DNA from: Bacteroidota bacterium
GTDB lineage: Bacteria > Bacteroidota > Bacteroidia > Flavobacteriales > BACL11
DNA length: 64,000 bases
Direction of reading: 5' to 3'
NCBI GenBank assembly: GCA_028408365.1
Contig: JAOOLD010000005.1
Span: 1,883 to 65,882 of the forward strand
Part shown: positions 38,501-46,879 of the stretch, in pieces
How the letters are laid out: each line of letters opens with the position of its first letter
How positions within the stretch are numbered: position 1 is the first letter of the stretch
Translations under genes and position numbers: made by a program
Notes under the pieces: generated by a model
Database searches by the model: none
What the model was told of the DNA's origin: nothing
What the model saw: the letters and a program-made list of their open reading frames with translations, nothing else

Positions 38501-38793
38501 AATGCGTTCTGATATAAATGGAAATAAACTTCATATAGCGTATCCGGTGAATTGTTCCAGTACTTTAATTTTTGAGAGGCAGTAATTATATCAGTATCTT
38601 CATTAATTTCAGCATCAATTTCATAATAAATATCTTGTTGCCAATAGCCTGGGTATGGTAATTTGTTTTTCCAATAGTTAGGATTTTCAGAACTCCTGTA
38701 GGAGTTGGGAGGGTAAAGTGGATCATATTTTACTTGTGCTGATAAATTAATCGAAATTATACACATGAGAAGTATTATATTTTTAACTGGCAT
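35599..38793 (-). CDS. M1-family zinc metallopeptidase fused to a C-terminal Omp85-like outer-membrane beta-barrel
   Basis: Signal peptide MPVKNIILLMCIISINLSAQ. GMEYP, then HEIGH-x18-E (HEIGH at nt 37624-37638). C-terminal 390 aa or so is rich in aromatic and Gly beta-strands, with GGLNLRGY (35995-36006), FADAG and RADAG, and a terminal ..FGISKLF. Confidence 0.8.
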   Translation of the reverse strand: MPVKNIILLMCIISINLSAQVKYDPLYPPNSYRSSENPNYWKNKLPYPGYWQQDIYYEIDAEINEDTDIITASQKLKYWNNSPDTLYEVYFHLYQNAFQPGSYYDELQKQNHKNPIYGKYEKQGLGTKIESIKVDNKDVITDLDNTIFKIYLNSPLFPGDSTLFELDFKTYFDQGSVRRRMKSYESWGYKHYNGVHWYPRICVYDSKFGWTKDQHLGREFYGNFGTFDVKLTFASNFIVEATGNLVNRGEVLPDELREKLDLKNFANKKWNSEPSVIIPYNKNNRKTWYFHAENVHDFAFTADPTYRIGEARWKDKVCYSLVQEPHASRWLNAADFGAECLKVFSEDFGEYVYHKVIVADAQDGMEYPMITLDRGSDPGYRDLLAHEIGHMWFFGQIGNNETYRALLDEGFTQFLTAWALIKIDGEFMIENKRTNWYKSKFYKPFRAIDSEIYYSYIKDATKQKDPVLATHSDQFDDAHGHGGGYRHVYYKTAAMLYNLQYVLGDELFLKSMKHYFNTWKMAHPYDDDFRNVIINYTKVDLNWFFDQWLETDKRLDYSINKVNKIGNDKYELHFERKKRMQSPIDFTVIAKDKKKYKFHIPNQWFIKETEAKVLEKWHGWDLVHPTYKTVVNIPNGIEDVIIDPSERLGDCYMPDNSLKRNINYALDHNIWQFPDWRNYEIKYRPDIWWNSYDGIKYGIHANGAYMKHHHIFDLNFWINSAMMQEDFDQKEEYDKFSFRAYYKHNLDLLTKNSSFYIYSSMLDGLSTNEINLLNKSRNEKFQVNIKLKSLYRNNPNVSNYLIYEDWAYGLFNNRIDINFTKFYSGDHYGNGLLSVDLMNSGFLSDYDYTKLIFTATNNRKLNKLIFRSRAFFQFGNGSNWAPESKLYLSGSNLENMMNNKFTRSKGFINSEYLGYGESINHFHHSGGLNLRGYSGYLAPEYDDNGNFDFFGYNGTSGGSINLEVEFTSLVPRSINIIGIKPYIFADAGIITNKELSRENFIDTFSEIRADAGVGFLFNISQLTPLETVNPLTVRLDFPLFLNRPPANDKDYFMFRWLFGISKLF

Positions 38794-39628
38794 TTTTATT
38801 AATTTTTTTTGAAAAGGTTGTATTGAGCTCAAAGCCCAAAATTAGTATAAAAGAATTAAAATACATCCATAATAAAATGATCATTAGGGTTCCAATTGAT
38901 CCATATAATTTGTTATAGGTGTCAAAATTATTTATGTAAATACTAAAAAGTATCGAAGTTATAATTATAAATAAAGAGGAAAAAACAGAGCCAATATTTA
39001 TAAATCTAAATTTTGCTTTTTTATTTGCAAGAAAGAAAATAATTGTTATTCCACTGTACAGAGATGCAAACAATATTAACCATTTTGAAAACATAAACAT
39101 TTTTATCGAACTAATATTTAATAAATTTTCGCTAATAAAGAATGATATAAGTTTTTCCCCTAATATGATAAATAGAATTGATAAAATTACAAGCAGAGTA
39201 ATGATTATAGTTATCTCAAGTGCTATTAATCTTTTTTTAAAAAATCCAATTTCATTGTTAACATGGTATGATGCATCAAAAGCTTCTAATAGGGAATAAG
39301 CTCCATTAGTTGAGAAAAAAATTGTTAGTAAAAAACCTATAGATAATAATTCAGCTCTAGGATTACTTAATACATCATTTATTAAAAACAATACTGAATC
39401 ATTTGTCATTGGTGGTAATATATCAATAATGATTTCAAATATCCTTTTTTGAAAATCATTAACTGGTATATAAGGTATAAGTGTAAATAGAAAAATTAGA
39501 GCTGGAAAAAAAGCTAAAAAGAAATTAAAAGCGATTGAAGAAGCTCTTGTTGAAATTGCCCCTTTTTTTAATCCATTATAAAAGAATAGAAATATTTCTT
39601 TTAGCTCATATTTATTTAAAAAATTCAC
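38783..39628 (-). CDS. YihY/BrkB-family inner membrane protein
   Basis: RASSIAFNFFLAFFPALIF plus six TM helices. GTG start. Confidence 0.75.
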   Translation of the reverse strand: MNFLNKYELKEIFLFFYNGLKKGAISTRASSIAFNFFLAFFPALIFLFTLIPYIPVNDFQKRIFEIIIDILPPMTNDSVLFLINDVLSNPRAELLSIGFLLTIFFSTNGAYSLLEAFDASYHVNNEIGFFKKRLIALEITIIITLLVILSILFIILGEKLISFFISENLLNISSIKMFMFSKWLILFASLYSGITIIFFLANKKAKFRFINIGSVFSSLFIIITSILFSIYINNFDTYNKLYGSIGTLMIILLWMYFNSFILILGFELNTTFSKKINKNAS

Positions 39629-40467
39629 TATTTCAAGATTAATAAGCTCATGTCAAAACATTCAACACTGTGAGTTAGAGAACCACATGAAATAAAATCA
39701 ACTCCACATTCTGCATATTCAACAATGTTATCAAAATCTATATTACCTGACGATTCAATTTTAAATATGTTTCTGCATATATCAACTGCTTTATTTGTAT
39801 GATTGATATTAAAATTATCCAAAATAACTCTGTTGATTTCTTTAAATTGCAATATTTTCTTTAACTCATCAATGCTTCTAACTTCAACAATTATATTATA
39901 TTTAAGATTATTCTTTTTTAAATAGTGGATTGTTTTTTTTACAGTTGTTTGAATATCTTCATTAAAGTCGATATGGTTGTCTTTAATCATGATTTCATCA
40001 TATAATCCAAATCGGTGATTAGTACCTCCACCAATTCTTACAGCCCATTTTTCAATTATCCGATTGAGTGGAGTTGTTTTTCTAGTATCGAGGATTTTAC
40101 AATCAGTATGATTAATTAAATTTTGAAATTTTTTTGTTTTGGTAGCTATTCCACTCATTCTTTGCATTGAATTTAAAACAAATCTTTCTTTAGCTAGTAT
40201 TTCTCTTGCATTTCCACTCACCGATAATAACTTTTGACCATTTTTAATTTTTTCTCCATCAGAAACAAATCTTGTAAATACTAGATTGGTACTATTGAAT
40301 TCAAAGATTTGTTTAGCCAACTCTATACCAGCAATTATACCTTCGTCTTTAGAAATAAGTACAGTAGATGTTCTCCTACTTTTTTCTATGCAAGATAATG
40401 ATGTTATATCCCCATTTTTGATATCTTCTTCAAGTGAATCTGAAATAAACTTTTCTAAATTTTCCAT
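39628..40467 (-). CDS. nadC: Nicotinate-nucleotide pyrophosphorylase (carboxylating)
   Basis: ..DITS.., ILDTRKTTP, GGG.NHR.GL.D..MIKDNH and ESSGNI motifs. Confidence 0.9.
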   Translation of the reverse strand: MENLEKFISDSLEEDIKNGDITSLSCIEKSRRTSTVLISKDEGIIAGIELAKQIFEFNSTNLVFTRFVSDGEKIKNGQKLLSVSGNAREILAKERFVLNSMQRMSGIATKTKKFQNLINHTDCKILDTRKTTPLNRIIEKWAVRIGGGTNHRFGLYDEIMIKDNHIDFNEDIQTTVKKTIHYLKKNNLKYNIIVEVRSIDELKKILQFKEINRVILDNFNINHTNKAVDICRNIFKIESSGNIDFDNIVEYAECGVDFISCGSLTHSVECFDMSLLILK

Positions 40468-40509
40468 AAAAAATTAATTTCTTTAATATTGATTTAAAAA
40501 TACAAAATA

Positions 40510-40977
40510 ATGAATATTGAATTGATTGTTATAGGTAAGACATCAGAAAACTACCTAAAGATTGGAATTCAAGACTATCTTAGTAAGATTTCAAGGTTTT
40601 GTAGTATTAGTATAAATGTTCTTAAACCCCACACTAATAAAAGTCTATCTACCAATGAAATAATCAAATTGGAGGCAAAAAGTATATTTCAAGTTATTAA
40701 ACCAAAAGACTTTTTAATTTGTCTGGATTTAAATGGTGAAAAGATAAACTCTTTAGAGCTTTCAAAAGAAATAGGGAATTTAACAAACACTGGTAGAAGA
40801 GACTTAAAATTTCTGATCGGAGGACCATATGGAATTAGTGTTGATGTCAAAAAAAGATCGAATAAAATGATATCATTGTCTGCAATGACTTTTTCACACC
40901 AATTAGTTCGATTGATTTTTTTAGAGCAGTTATATCGGTCATTTTCAATATTAAATAACTTTCCTTATCACAAATGA
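40510..40977 (+). CDS. rlmH: 23S rRNA (pseudouridine1915-N3)-methyltransferase
   Basis: SPOUT fold and length, with FLIGGPYG and SLS.MTF.HQL.R..F.EQLYR motifs. Confidence 0.88.
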   Translation: MNIELIVIGKTSENYLKIGIQDYLSKISRFCSISINVLKPHTNKSLSTNEIIKLEAKSIFQVIKPKDFLICLDLNGEKINSLELSKEIGNLTNTGRRDLKFLIGGPYGISVDVKKRSNKMISLSAMTFSHQLVRLIFLEQLYRSFSILNNFPYHK

Positions 40978-41561
40978 AACAAATAGTTTTTTCTACACAC
41001 AATGAAAATAAGTTAAAAGAGATAAAAAAAATACTTTCAGATAAATTTAAAATCTTAGGTTTAAGTGATTTAAATTGGGATGATGAAATAATAGAGTCTG
41101 GTAAAACCTTGGCGCAGAACGCATATATTAAAGCTTCATTCATAAACAAATCATATAATATTGATTGTTTTGCTGATGATACTGGCTTGGAGATAAATTC
41201 TTTAAATGGAGAGCCAGGAGTTTATTCTGCTAGATATGCTGGTGATGAGTGTAATTCAGAAAAAAATATTGAAAAAGTATTAAATAGTTTATCAAATAAA
41301 AAATGCAGAAAAGCTGTATTTAAAACAGTTATCTGCTTAATATTAAATAATGAAAAACATTTTTTCGAAGGTAAGGTATATGGTTCTATTTCAACAAAAA
41401 TAATAGGAAAACAAGGTTTTGGATATGACCCAATATTTATTCCGGATGGATTTAATAAAACTTTTTCACAGATGTCTATAGATGAAAAAAATAGAATTAG
41501 TCATAGAGCAATAGCAGTTGAAAAGTTATCAAAGTTTTTAAATAGTAGAGTCACTAAATAG
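40974..41561 (+). CDS. rdgB: Non-canonical purine NTP pyrophosphatase (RdgB/HAM1)
   Basis: T.N..K..E, DDTGLE...L.G.PGVYSARYAG, GFGYDPIF and ISHR motifs. Confidence 0.88.
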   Translation: MKQIVFSTHNENKLKEIKKILSDKFKILGLSDLNWDDEIIESGKTLAQNAYIKASFINKSYNIDCFADDTGLEINSLNGEPGVYSARYAGDECNSEKNIEKVLNSLSNKKCRKAVFKTVICLILNNEKHFFEGKVYGSISTKIIGKQGFGYDPIFIPDGFNKTFSQMSIDEKNRISHRAIAVEKLSKFLNSRVTK

Positions 41562-42003
41562 AATAAGAAACAAACTTTGAAATATCTCCATTATTTTTAA
41601 TAATCTCTCTAACTATTTTTGAGGAAATATGAGAATAAGAAGGGGAGCTGATGAAAAAAATAGTTTCAATATTGTTGTCTAGCTCTCTGTTTGCGTTTGC
41701 AATATCTTTTTCATAAGTAAAATCGATTTCGTTTCTTATTCCACGAATCAAAAAATTTATATTCTCTTTTTTACAAAAATCTATTGTCAAGCCTTCGTAA
41801 TAATTAACACTAATTCTATTATTTTTTTTATATAGTAAATTAATTTTTTCAATTCTTTTTTCTAATGAGAAAAAATTGTTTTTAGTTGAATTTTTTGAAA
41901 TACCTATTATTATTTTGTCAAATAAATTTAGAGATTGCTTGACAATATCTTCATGACCTTTAGTAAATGGATCGAACGATCCTGGAAATAATCCTGTTTT
42001 CAT
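41554..42003 (-). CDS. coaD: Pantetheine-phosphate adenylyltransferase
   Basis: FPGSFDPFTKGHEDIV, RG.R and ISS..VREI motifs. Confidence 0.9.
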   Translation of the reverse strand: MKTGLFPGSFDPFTKGHEDIVKQSLNLFDKIIIGISKNSTKNNFFSLEKRIEKINLLYKKNNRISVNYYEGLTIDFCKKENINFLIRGIRNEIDFTYEKDIANANRELDNNIETIFFISSPSYSHISSKIVREIIKNNGDISKFVSYSI

Positions 42004-42009
42004 TTTTAA

Positions 42010-42534
42010 TTATTCATTTGCAAAGAAACTAAAATTTACATTTCCGTATCTTTTGTTTAAGTAACAGTTTTCAAATCTATTATTATTGTCATGTTCAACT
42101 ACTAAAATTCCATTTTTCTTGAGTAAATTTCTTTCATTTATTTTATCAATTAAGGAATCATAGTATCTAAATTTAAAAGGGGGATCACAAAAAATAATTT
42201 CAAAATCTTCTTCACAAACGTCTAAAAATTTTAATGCATCTAATTGAATTACTTTTATGTTAAAATCAAATTTTACTTTACTTTTTTTTAATGAATTTAT
42301 TATGTGTTTATTTATGTCTACGCATGTAATGTTTTTACAACCTCTGGATGCAAATTCAAAGCTAATGCTGCCTGTACCAGCAAATAAATCTAAGACATTA
42401 ATCTTTGAAAATTGATAATTATTATTAAGTATATTAAATAATGCTTCTTTAGCAAAATCAGTAGTTGGTCTTATGTTAGAGTTCTTCGGATAAATTATTT
42501 TTTGACCTCTCTTGCTTCCTGAGATGATTCTCAT
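42010..42534 (-). CDS. rsmD: 16S rRNA (guanine966-N2)-methyltransferase
   Basis: MRIISG..RGQKI, RPT and DLFAGTGS motifs, plus DPPF. Confidence 0.88.
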   Translation of the reverse strand: MRIISGSKRGQKIIYPKNSNIRPTTDFAKEALFNILNNNYQFSKINVLDLFAGTGSISFEFASRGCKNITCVDINKHIINSLKKSKVKFDFNIKVIQLDALKFLDVCEEDFEIIFCDPPFKFRYYDSLIDKINERNLLKKNGILVVEHDNNNRFENCYLNKRYGNVNFSFFANE

Positions 42535-43358
42535 ATTATTTGATTTAAAACTATTTTGAATTTTGAAGAATCAGTATTTTCTATTTTTGATTTTTCAACT
42601 GTAAATTCTCCCAAGTAATCTTTTAGAAGTGAATTTGTCAATTCATTTACTCTTCCACTTATTTTAAATGCACATTCTTCACAACTAATTTTTAATTGAT
42701 TAGTTGTATTAAGTATAAGATAAAGAATATCTTCTTCACTCTTAATAATAAATTTATTATGAAATATAACTTCATTATTATAAAAATATGTAATGTAAAT
42801 TGTATTATAGCAAATGTGAACTTTTAAAGACGGGAGAGAGTTTAATTCACTTAAATAATTTTTTATTAGTATGGTGTCTGAGCAGTAAATACTTGAATTG
42901 TTAAAATAATTGTTAAATAAGTTATTTATACTGCTAGGAATTGAATAAATTATTTCTAATACACTATCATTGTGACTAATTAAGTCACATTTTATGTTTT
43001 CATGAACATCAGTTTCCAGTTCAAGCATTTTTATTTTTTCATTTTCTGATGTTTGACCTGAACTATTGACAATGCAATTTATAGATGAGATTGAAATTGT
43101 ATTTGAATAAAAGTTTCGTTTCACGAATTCGTCAGAATTAATAATTGAAACTATTTTATTCGATAGTTGATTTGTATTTTTAATTTCAATGAAGTATTCT
43201 CTTATAATTAGATACTTCATCGAGTTTGGATCTAATACTGCATATCTAAAAAAGTTAATACTTAACTCAACTGATAAATGATAATTTGAGCAGGACTCAA
43301 CTTCGAATTTTTTTGAAATAAAATTAAATTTCAATAAATTATTCTCCCCAATTTCCAT
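42531..43358 (-). CDS. DUF3822-family protein
   Basis: Conserved position immediately upstream of rsmD in Bacteroidota. The N-terminus (..YHLSVELSINFFRYAVLD..) is typical of the family. Confidence 0.6.
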   Translation of the reverse strand: MEIGENNLLKFNFISKKFEVESCSNYHLSVELSINFFRYAVLDPNSMKYLIIREYFIEIKNTNQLSNKIVSIINSDEFVKRNFYSNTISISSINCIVNSSGQTSENEKIKMLELETDVHENIKCDLISHNDSVLEIIYSIPSSINNLFNNYFNNSSIYCSDTILIKNYLSELNSLPSLKVHICYNTIYITYFYNNEVIFHNKFIIKSEEDILYLILNTTNQLKISCEECAFKISGRVNELTNSLLKDYLGEFTVEKSKIENTDSSKFKIVLNQII

Positions 43359-43956
43359 TTAGAGATGCTTCATTCATTGATCCAACTTTTAAAAGTTTTT
43401 CCAAATCATATTTCTTATTTTTTGCATTTAGTCCAAATAAGACATTTTTGTATGTTGCTGATATTTCAAAAACCTGAACATTGACATTCCCTTTGTTAAC
43501 GACTCCAGCCTCTATGTTGTAATCAATATCTGCAAATGGGATTTTAGTCATATTATTTTGATCAATTGGAAACGAATTGTTTCTTGTTTTTTTGTAAACT
43601 TCGTCAAATAATGTTTCTCTTACTGCAACATATGATGTGTCTCTTGAAATTATTCCCAATTCAAGGGCTTGTTTATCGGTCAAAGTGTCAGGTGTTTCGC
43701 CTTCAGCTTTTATAATAAATAAAGAATCGTTAAAGTAAAAGTTCATTAATGTATCAAAATTATCACAAAATTCATTGTTTGTTTTTTTATAAGCAACTTG
43801 TAACAGCCTTAAGTCTTTGAGCTTTTGAATGTTTTGGTCAATTCTGATTTTTGCTTCTTTTTGAAATGTTATCTCACTATTAATGCTGTTGATAACAAGA
43901 TATGAAAGAAATAAAATCAAAGGCCATAGTAATATTTTAATATATCTTTCTTTCAT
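43339..43956 (-). CDS. Membrane-anchored hypothetical protein
   Basis: N-terminal TM helix. 205-aa ORF translationally coupled to the downstream gene. Confidence 0.55.
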   Translation of the reverse strand: MKERYIKILLWPLILFLSYLVINSINSEITFQKEAKIRIDQNIQKLKDLRLLQVAYKKTNNEFCDNFDTLMNFYFNDSLFIIKAEGETPDTLTDKQALELGIISRDTSYVAVRETLFDEVYKKTRNNSFPIDQNNMTKIPFADIDYNIEAGVVNKGNVNVQVFEISATYKNVLFGLNAKNKKYDLEKLLKVGSMNEASLNGNWGE

Positions 43957-44022
43957 TATTTTTTTGACAAATCTACAATTTTTCCTTTTTACTTAGTTTT
44001 ATTTACCTTTTATTTGTATGCG

Positions 44023-44571
44023 ATGCATAGAATTTCAAAAATAATATTTAGTTTTCTTGGCTGGAGAATAGTTGGAGATAATATTTTCCCAAACAAATGT
44101 GTACTTATAGCTGTCCCACATACCTCTAATTGGGATTTTTTTTATGCAAGACTCTATTCCTATATCGTTAAAATTAAACCAAAATATCTAGCTAAAAAAG
44201 AACTTTTTATTCCATTCGTATCATATTTAATAAAGTTGAATGGTGGAATACCAGTTGATAGATCAAAGAAAAACAAATTAGTTGACTTTCTTACAAAGAA
44301 AATAATAGATAGTAAAACAATAATTTTATCACTTTCACCAGAGGGAACTAGAAAAAAAGTTGATAAATGGAAAACAGGTTTTTATTATATAGCTCAAAAA
44401 TCAAATGTCCCAATCGTGATAGTTGGTATCAACTACAAAAAAAAAGAGATTGGAATTATAGATAAATTATATCCTACAAGTAATATCAAAAATGATATGA
44501 AGCGTATTCAAGAACAGCTTAATAATATAAGTGGGAAAATTGAAAAAAATTTTAATCCTATAATATACTAG
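44023..44571 (+). CDS. Lysophospholipid / 1-acyl-sn-glycerol-3-phosphate acyltransferase family protein
   Basis: HxxxxD block (PHTSNWDF) and the SPEGTR block. ATG at 44023 preferred over the track's TTG at 44014. Confidence 0.75.
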   Translation: MHRISKIIFSFLGWRIVGDNIFPNKCVLIAVPHTSNWDFFYARLYSYIVKIKPKYLAKKELFIPFVSYLIKLNGGIPVDRSKKNKLVDFLTKKIIDSKTIILSLSPEGTRKKVDKWKTGFYYIAQKSNVPIVIVGINYKKKEIGIIDKLYPTSNIKNDMKRIQEQLNNISGKIEKNFNPIIY

Positions 44572-44647
44572 CATTGTTAATAAATGATGTAATAAATCTC
44601 ATGACAGCTAAACCTATATTTAAACATTAATTTAAATTTAGCGAAAA

Positions 44648-46879
44648 ATGAAAGGTGTGAATCTAGCTACTGTTAATCAAGCAAAAGAAATGGGTTTGCT
44701 TGAATCTGAGTTTGAAAAAATTAAAGAAATTCTTGGTCGTACACCTAATTTTTGTGAACTAAGCATATATGGAGTCATGTGGTCCGAGCATTGTTCTTAT
44801 AAAAACTCTATATTATGGCTCAAAAAATTACCAAAAGATGGTCCTCATATGCTCGTAAAAGCTGGAGAAGAAAATGCTGGATTAGTTGATATCGGTGATG
44901 GTATAGCTTGTTGTTTCAAAATAGAATCTCATAATCATCCTTCAGCTATTGAGCCATATCAAGGTGCTGCAACAGGAGTTGGTGGTATCAACAGAGATAT
45001 CTTTACAATGGGAGCTAGACCAATTGCTCAATTAAACTCATTGAGATTTGGAGATATCAGCTTAGATAGAACTAAATGGCTGTTGCGTGGAGTAACTAAA
45101 GGTATTGGAGACTATGGTAATGCTTTTGGAATACCAATTGTTGGAGGTGAAGTATTTTTTGACAGTTCGTTCAATACAAATCCACTTGTTAATGCGTTTT
45201 CTGCAGGTATTATGAAATCTGAAAACATGATTTCTGCAGTTTCAAATGGAGTTGGAAACCCTATTTTTATTGTTGGTTCAAGAACTGGAAAAGATGGAAT
45301 ACATGGTGCATCTTTTGCCTCTAAAGATTTAAGTGAGGATTCATCAGAAGACTTGCCTGCTGTTCAAGTTGGTGATCCATTTCAAGAAAAATTATTACTT
45401 GAGGCTACAATGGAATTATCTAAAACTGATGCAATTGTTGGTATGCAAGATATGGGAGCTGCTGGAATTACGTGCTCGACTAATGAAATGAGTGCTGCTG
45501 GCTCGCACGGGATGAAAATATATTTAGATAAAGTGCCTACTAGGCAATCTGATATGAAAGATTGGGAGATACTTCTCTCCGAAAGTCAAGAGAGAATGTT
45601 AATAGTAGTCAAAAAAGGAAATGAAAATATTGTTAATGAAATATTTAAAAAGTGGGATTTATCATGTGAAAAAATTGGAGAAGTAATTGAAGGTGATTTT
45701 GTAGAGTACTATATGCACGATTCACTAGTTGCAAAAGTACCATATGATTCTCTAGTATTAGGTGGTGGAGCTCCAATTTACGAAAGAGAATACACAGAGC
45801 CAGAGTATTTTAAAAGGTTTAAAAACTTTAACATTGAAAGCATTAAACTTCCAAGTGATCTTGTTAAAGTTGCTAGGTTTTTGTGTGAAAATCCAAACAT
45901 TTCATCTAAAAGATGGGTGTTTGAACAATATGATTCAATGGTTGGTACAGTAAATATGTCAACAAATGTTAAGTCTGATGCAGCTATAGTAAATTTAAAG
46001 GGATCTAAACGAGCTTTAGCAATGACCGTTGATTGTAACTCAAGATTTGTTAATTCAAATCCTCAAGAAGGTTGTTCTATGGCTGTTGCTGAGGCTGCAA
46101 GGAATATTGTTTGCTCTGGAGGAGTTCCTTCTGCAATAACTAATTGTTTAAATTTTGGTAACCCTTATAACCCTGAGGTATATTGGCAATTTGTGAACTC
46201 AATTAAAGGGATGAAATTAGCGTGTGAAAAATTTAAAACTCCTGTCACTGGCGGAAATGTTAGTTTCTATAATCAAACAAGTGATGATAATATTGAAATA
46301 CCTGTCTTCCCTACGCCCACAATTGGAATGCTTGGAATAGTTGAAGATAAATCTCATATAACATCTCTTTCATTCAATAGTGAAAAAGATTTGATATTTT
46401 TATTCGGAACCTCAAAAAATAATATTTCATGTTCCGAGTACTTAACATCTTTTCATAACATTAAAGAATCACCAACTCCAGAATTTTGTCTTGATACTGA
46501 GTTTAAACTACATGAAGCTATCAAGAATTTAATTAGAAAAAATCTTATTAAATCTGCTCATGATGTTTCTGATGGTGGTCTTTTTATCTGCTTGATTGAA
46601 AGTTGTATAGACAAAAATTTTGGATTTCAGATAATTGGTGAAGAATCTATTAGGGACGACGCATTTTTATTTGGTGAAAGTCCAAGTAGAGTTATAGTTT
46701 CTGTTAGCAAATCAAAAGAAAATAATTTTGTTAAACATTTACAGTCTGAGAGTGTTGATTTCAAATTAATTGGAAGTGTTACATCTGGTGAGATAAGCTA
46801 CAATGATATAAGTTTTGGTGATATAAAAGATTATAAAAATTTATATGAGAATTCTTTGTCAGATAAAATGAACACTTAA
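44648..46879 (+). CDS. purL: Phosphoribosylformylglycinamidine synthase subunit PurL (FGAM synthase II)
   Basis: WSEHCSYK, ESHNHPS..EP.QGAATGVGG..RD and GGNVSFYN motifs. Confidence 0.92.
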   Translation: MKGVNLATVNQAKEMGLLESEFEKIKEILGRTPNFCELSIYGVMWSEHCSYKNSILWLKKLPKDGPHMLVKAGEENAGLVDIGDGIACCFKIESHNHPSAIEPYQGAATGVGGINRDIFTMGARPIAQLNSLRFGDISLDRTKWLLRGVTKGIGDYGNAFGIPIVGGEVFFDSSFNTNPLVNAFSAGIMKSENMISAVSNGVGNPIFIVGSRTGKDGIHGASFASKDLSEDSSEDLPAVQVGDPFQEKLLLEATMELSKTDAIVGMQDMGAAGITCSTNEMSAAGSHGMKIYLDKVPTRQSDMKDWEILLSESQERMLIVVKKGNENIVNEIFKKWDLSCEKIGEVIEGDFVEYYMHDSLVAKVPYDSLVLGGGAPIYEREYTEPEYFKRFKNFNIESIKLPSDLVKVARFLCENPNISSKRWVFEQYDSMVGTVNMSTNVKSDAAIVNLKGSKRALAMTVDCNSRFVNSNPQEGCSMAVAEAARNIVCSGGVPSAITNCLNFGNPYNPEVYWQFVNSIKGMKLACEKFKTPVTGGNVSFYNQTSDDNIEIPVFPTPTIGMLGIVEDKSHITSLSFNSEKDLIFLFGTSKNNISCSEYLTSFHNIKESPTPEFCLDTEFKLHEAIKNLIRKNLIKSAHDVSDGGLFICLIESCIDKNFGFQIIGEESIRDDAFLFGESPSRVIVSVSKSKENNFVKHLQSESVDFKLIGSVTSGEISYNDISFGDIKDYKNLYENSLSDKMNT

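Noticed and set aside
44572-44647. Possible riboswitches or leaders upstream of purL, carB (19760-19864), the TonB-dependent receptor (49312-49357) and the QueD-like gene.
   Set aside because: The spacers are short (46-105 nt), and I could not find the conserved cores of purine, B12, preQ1, THF or TPP riboswitches in them.
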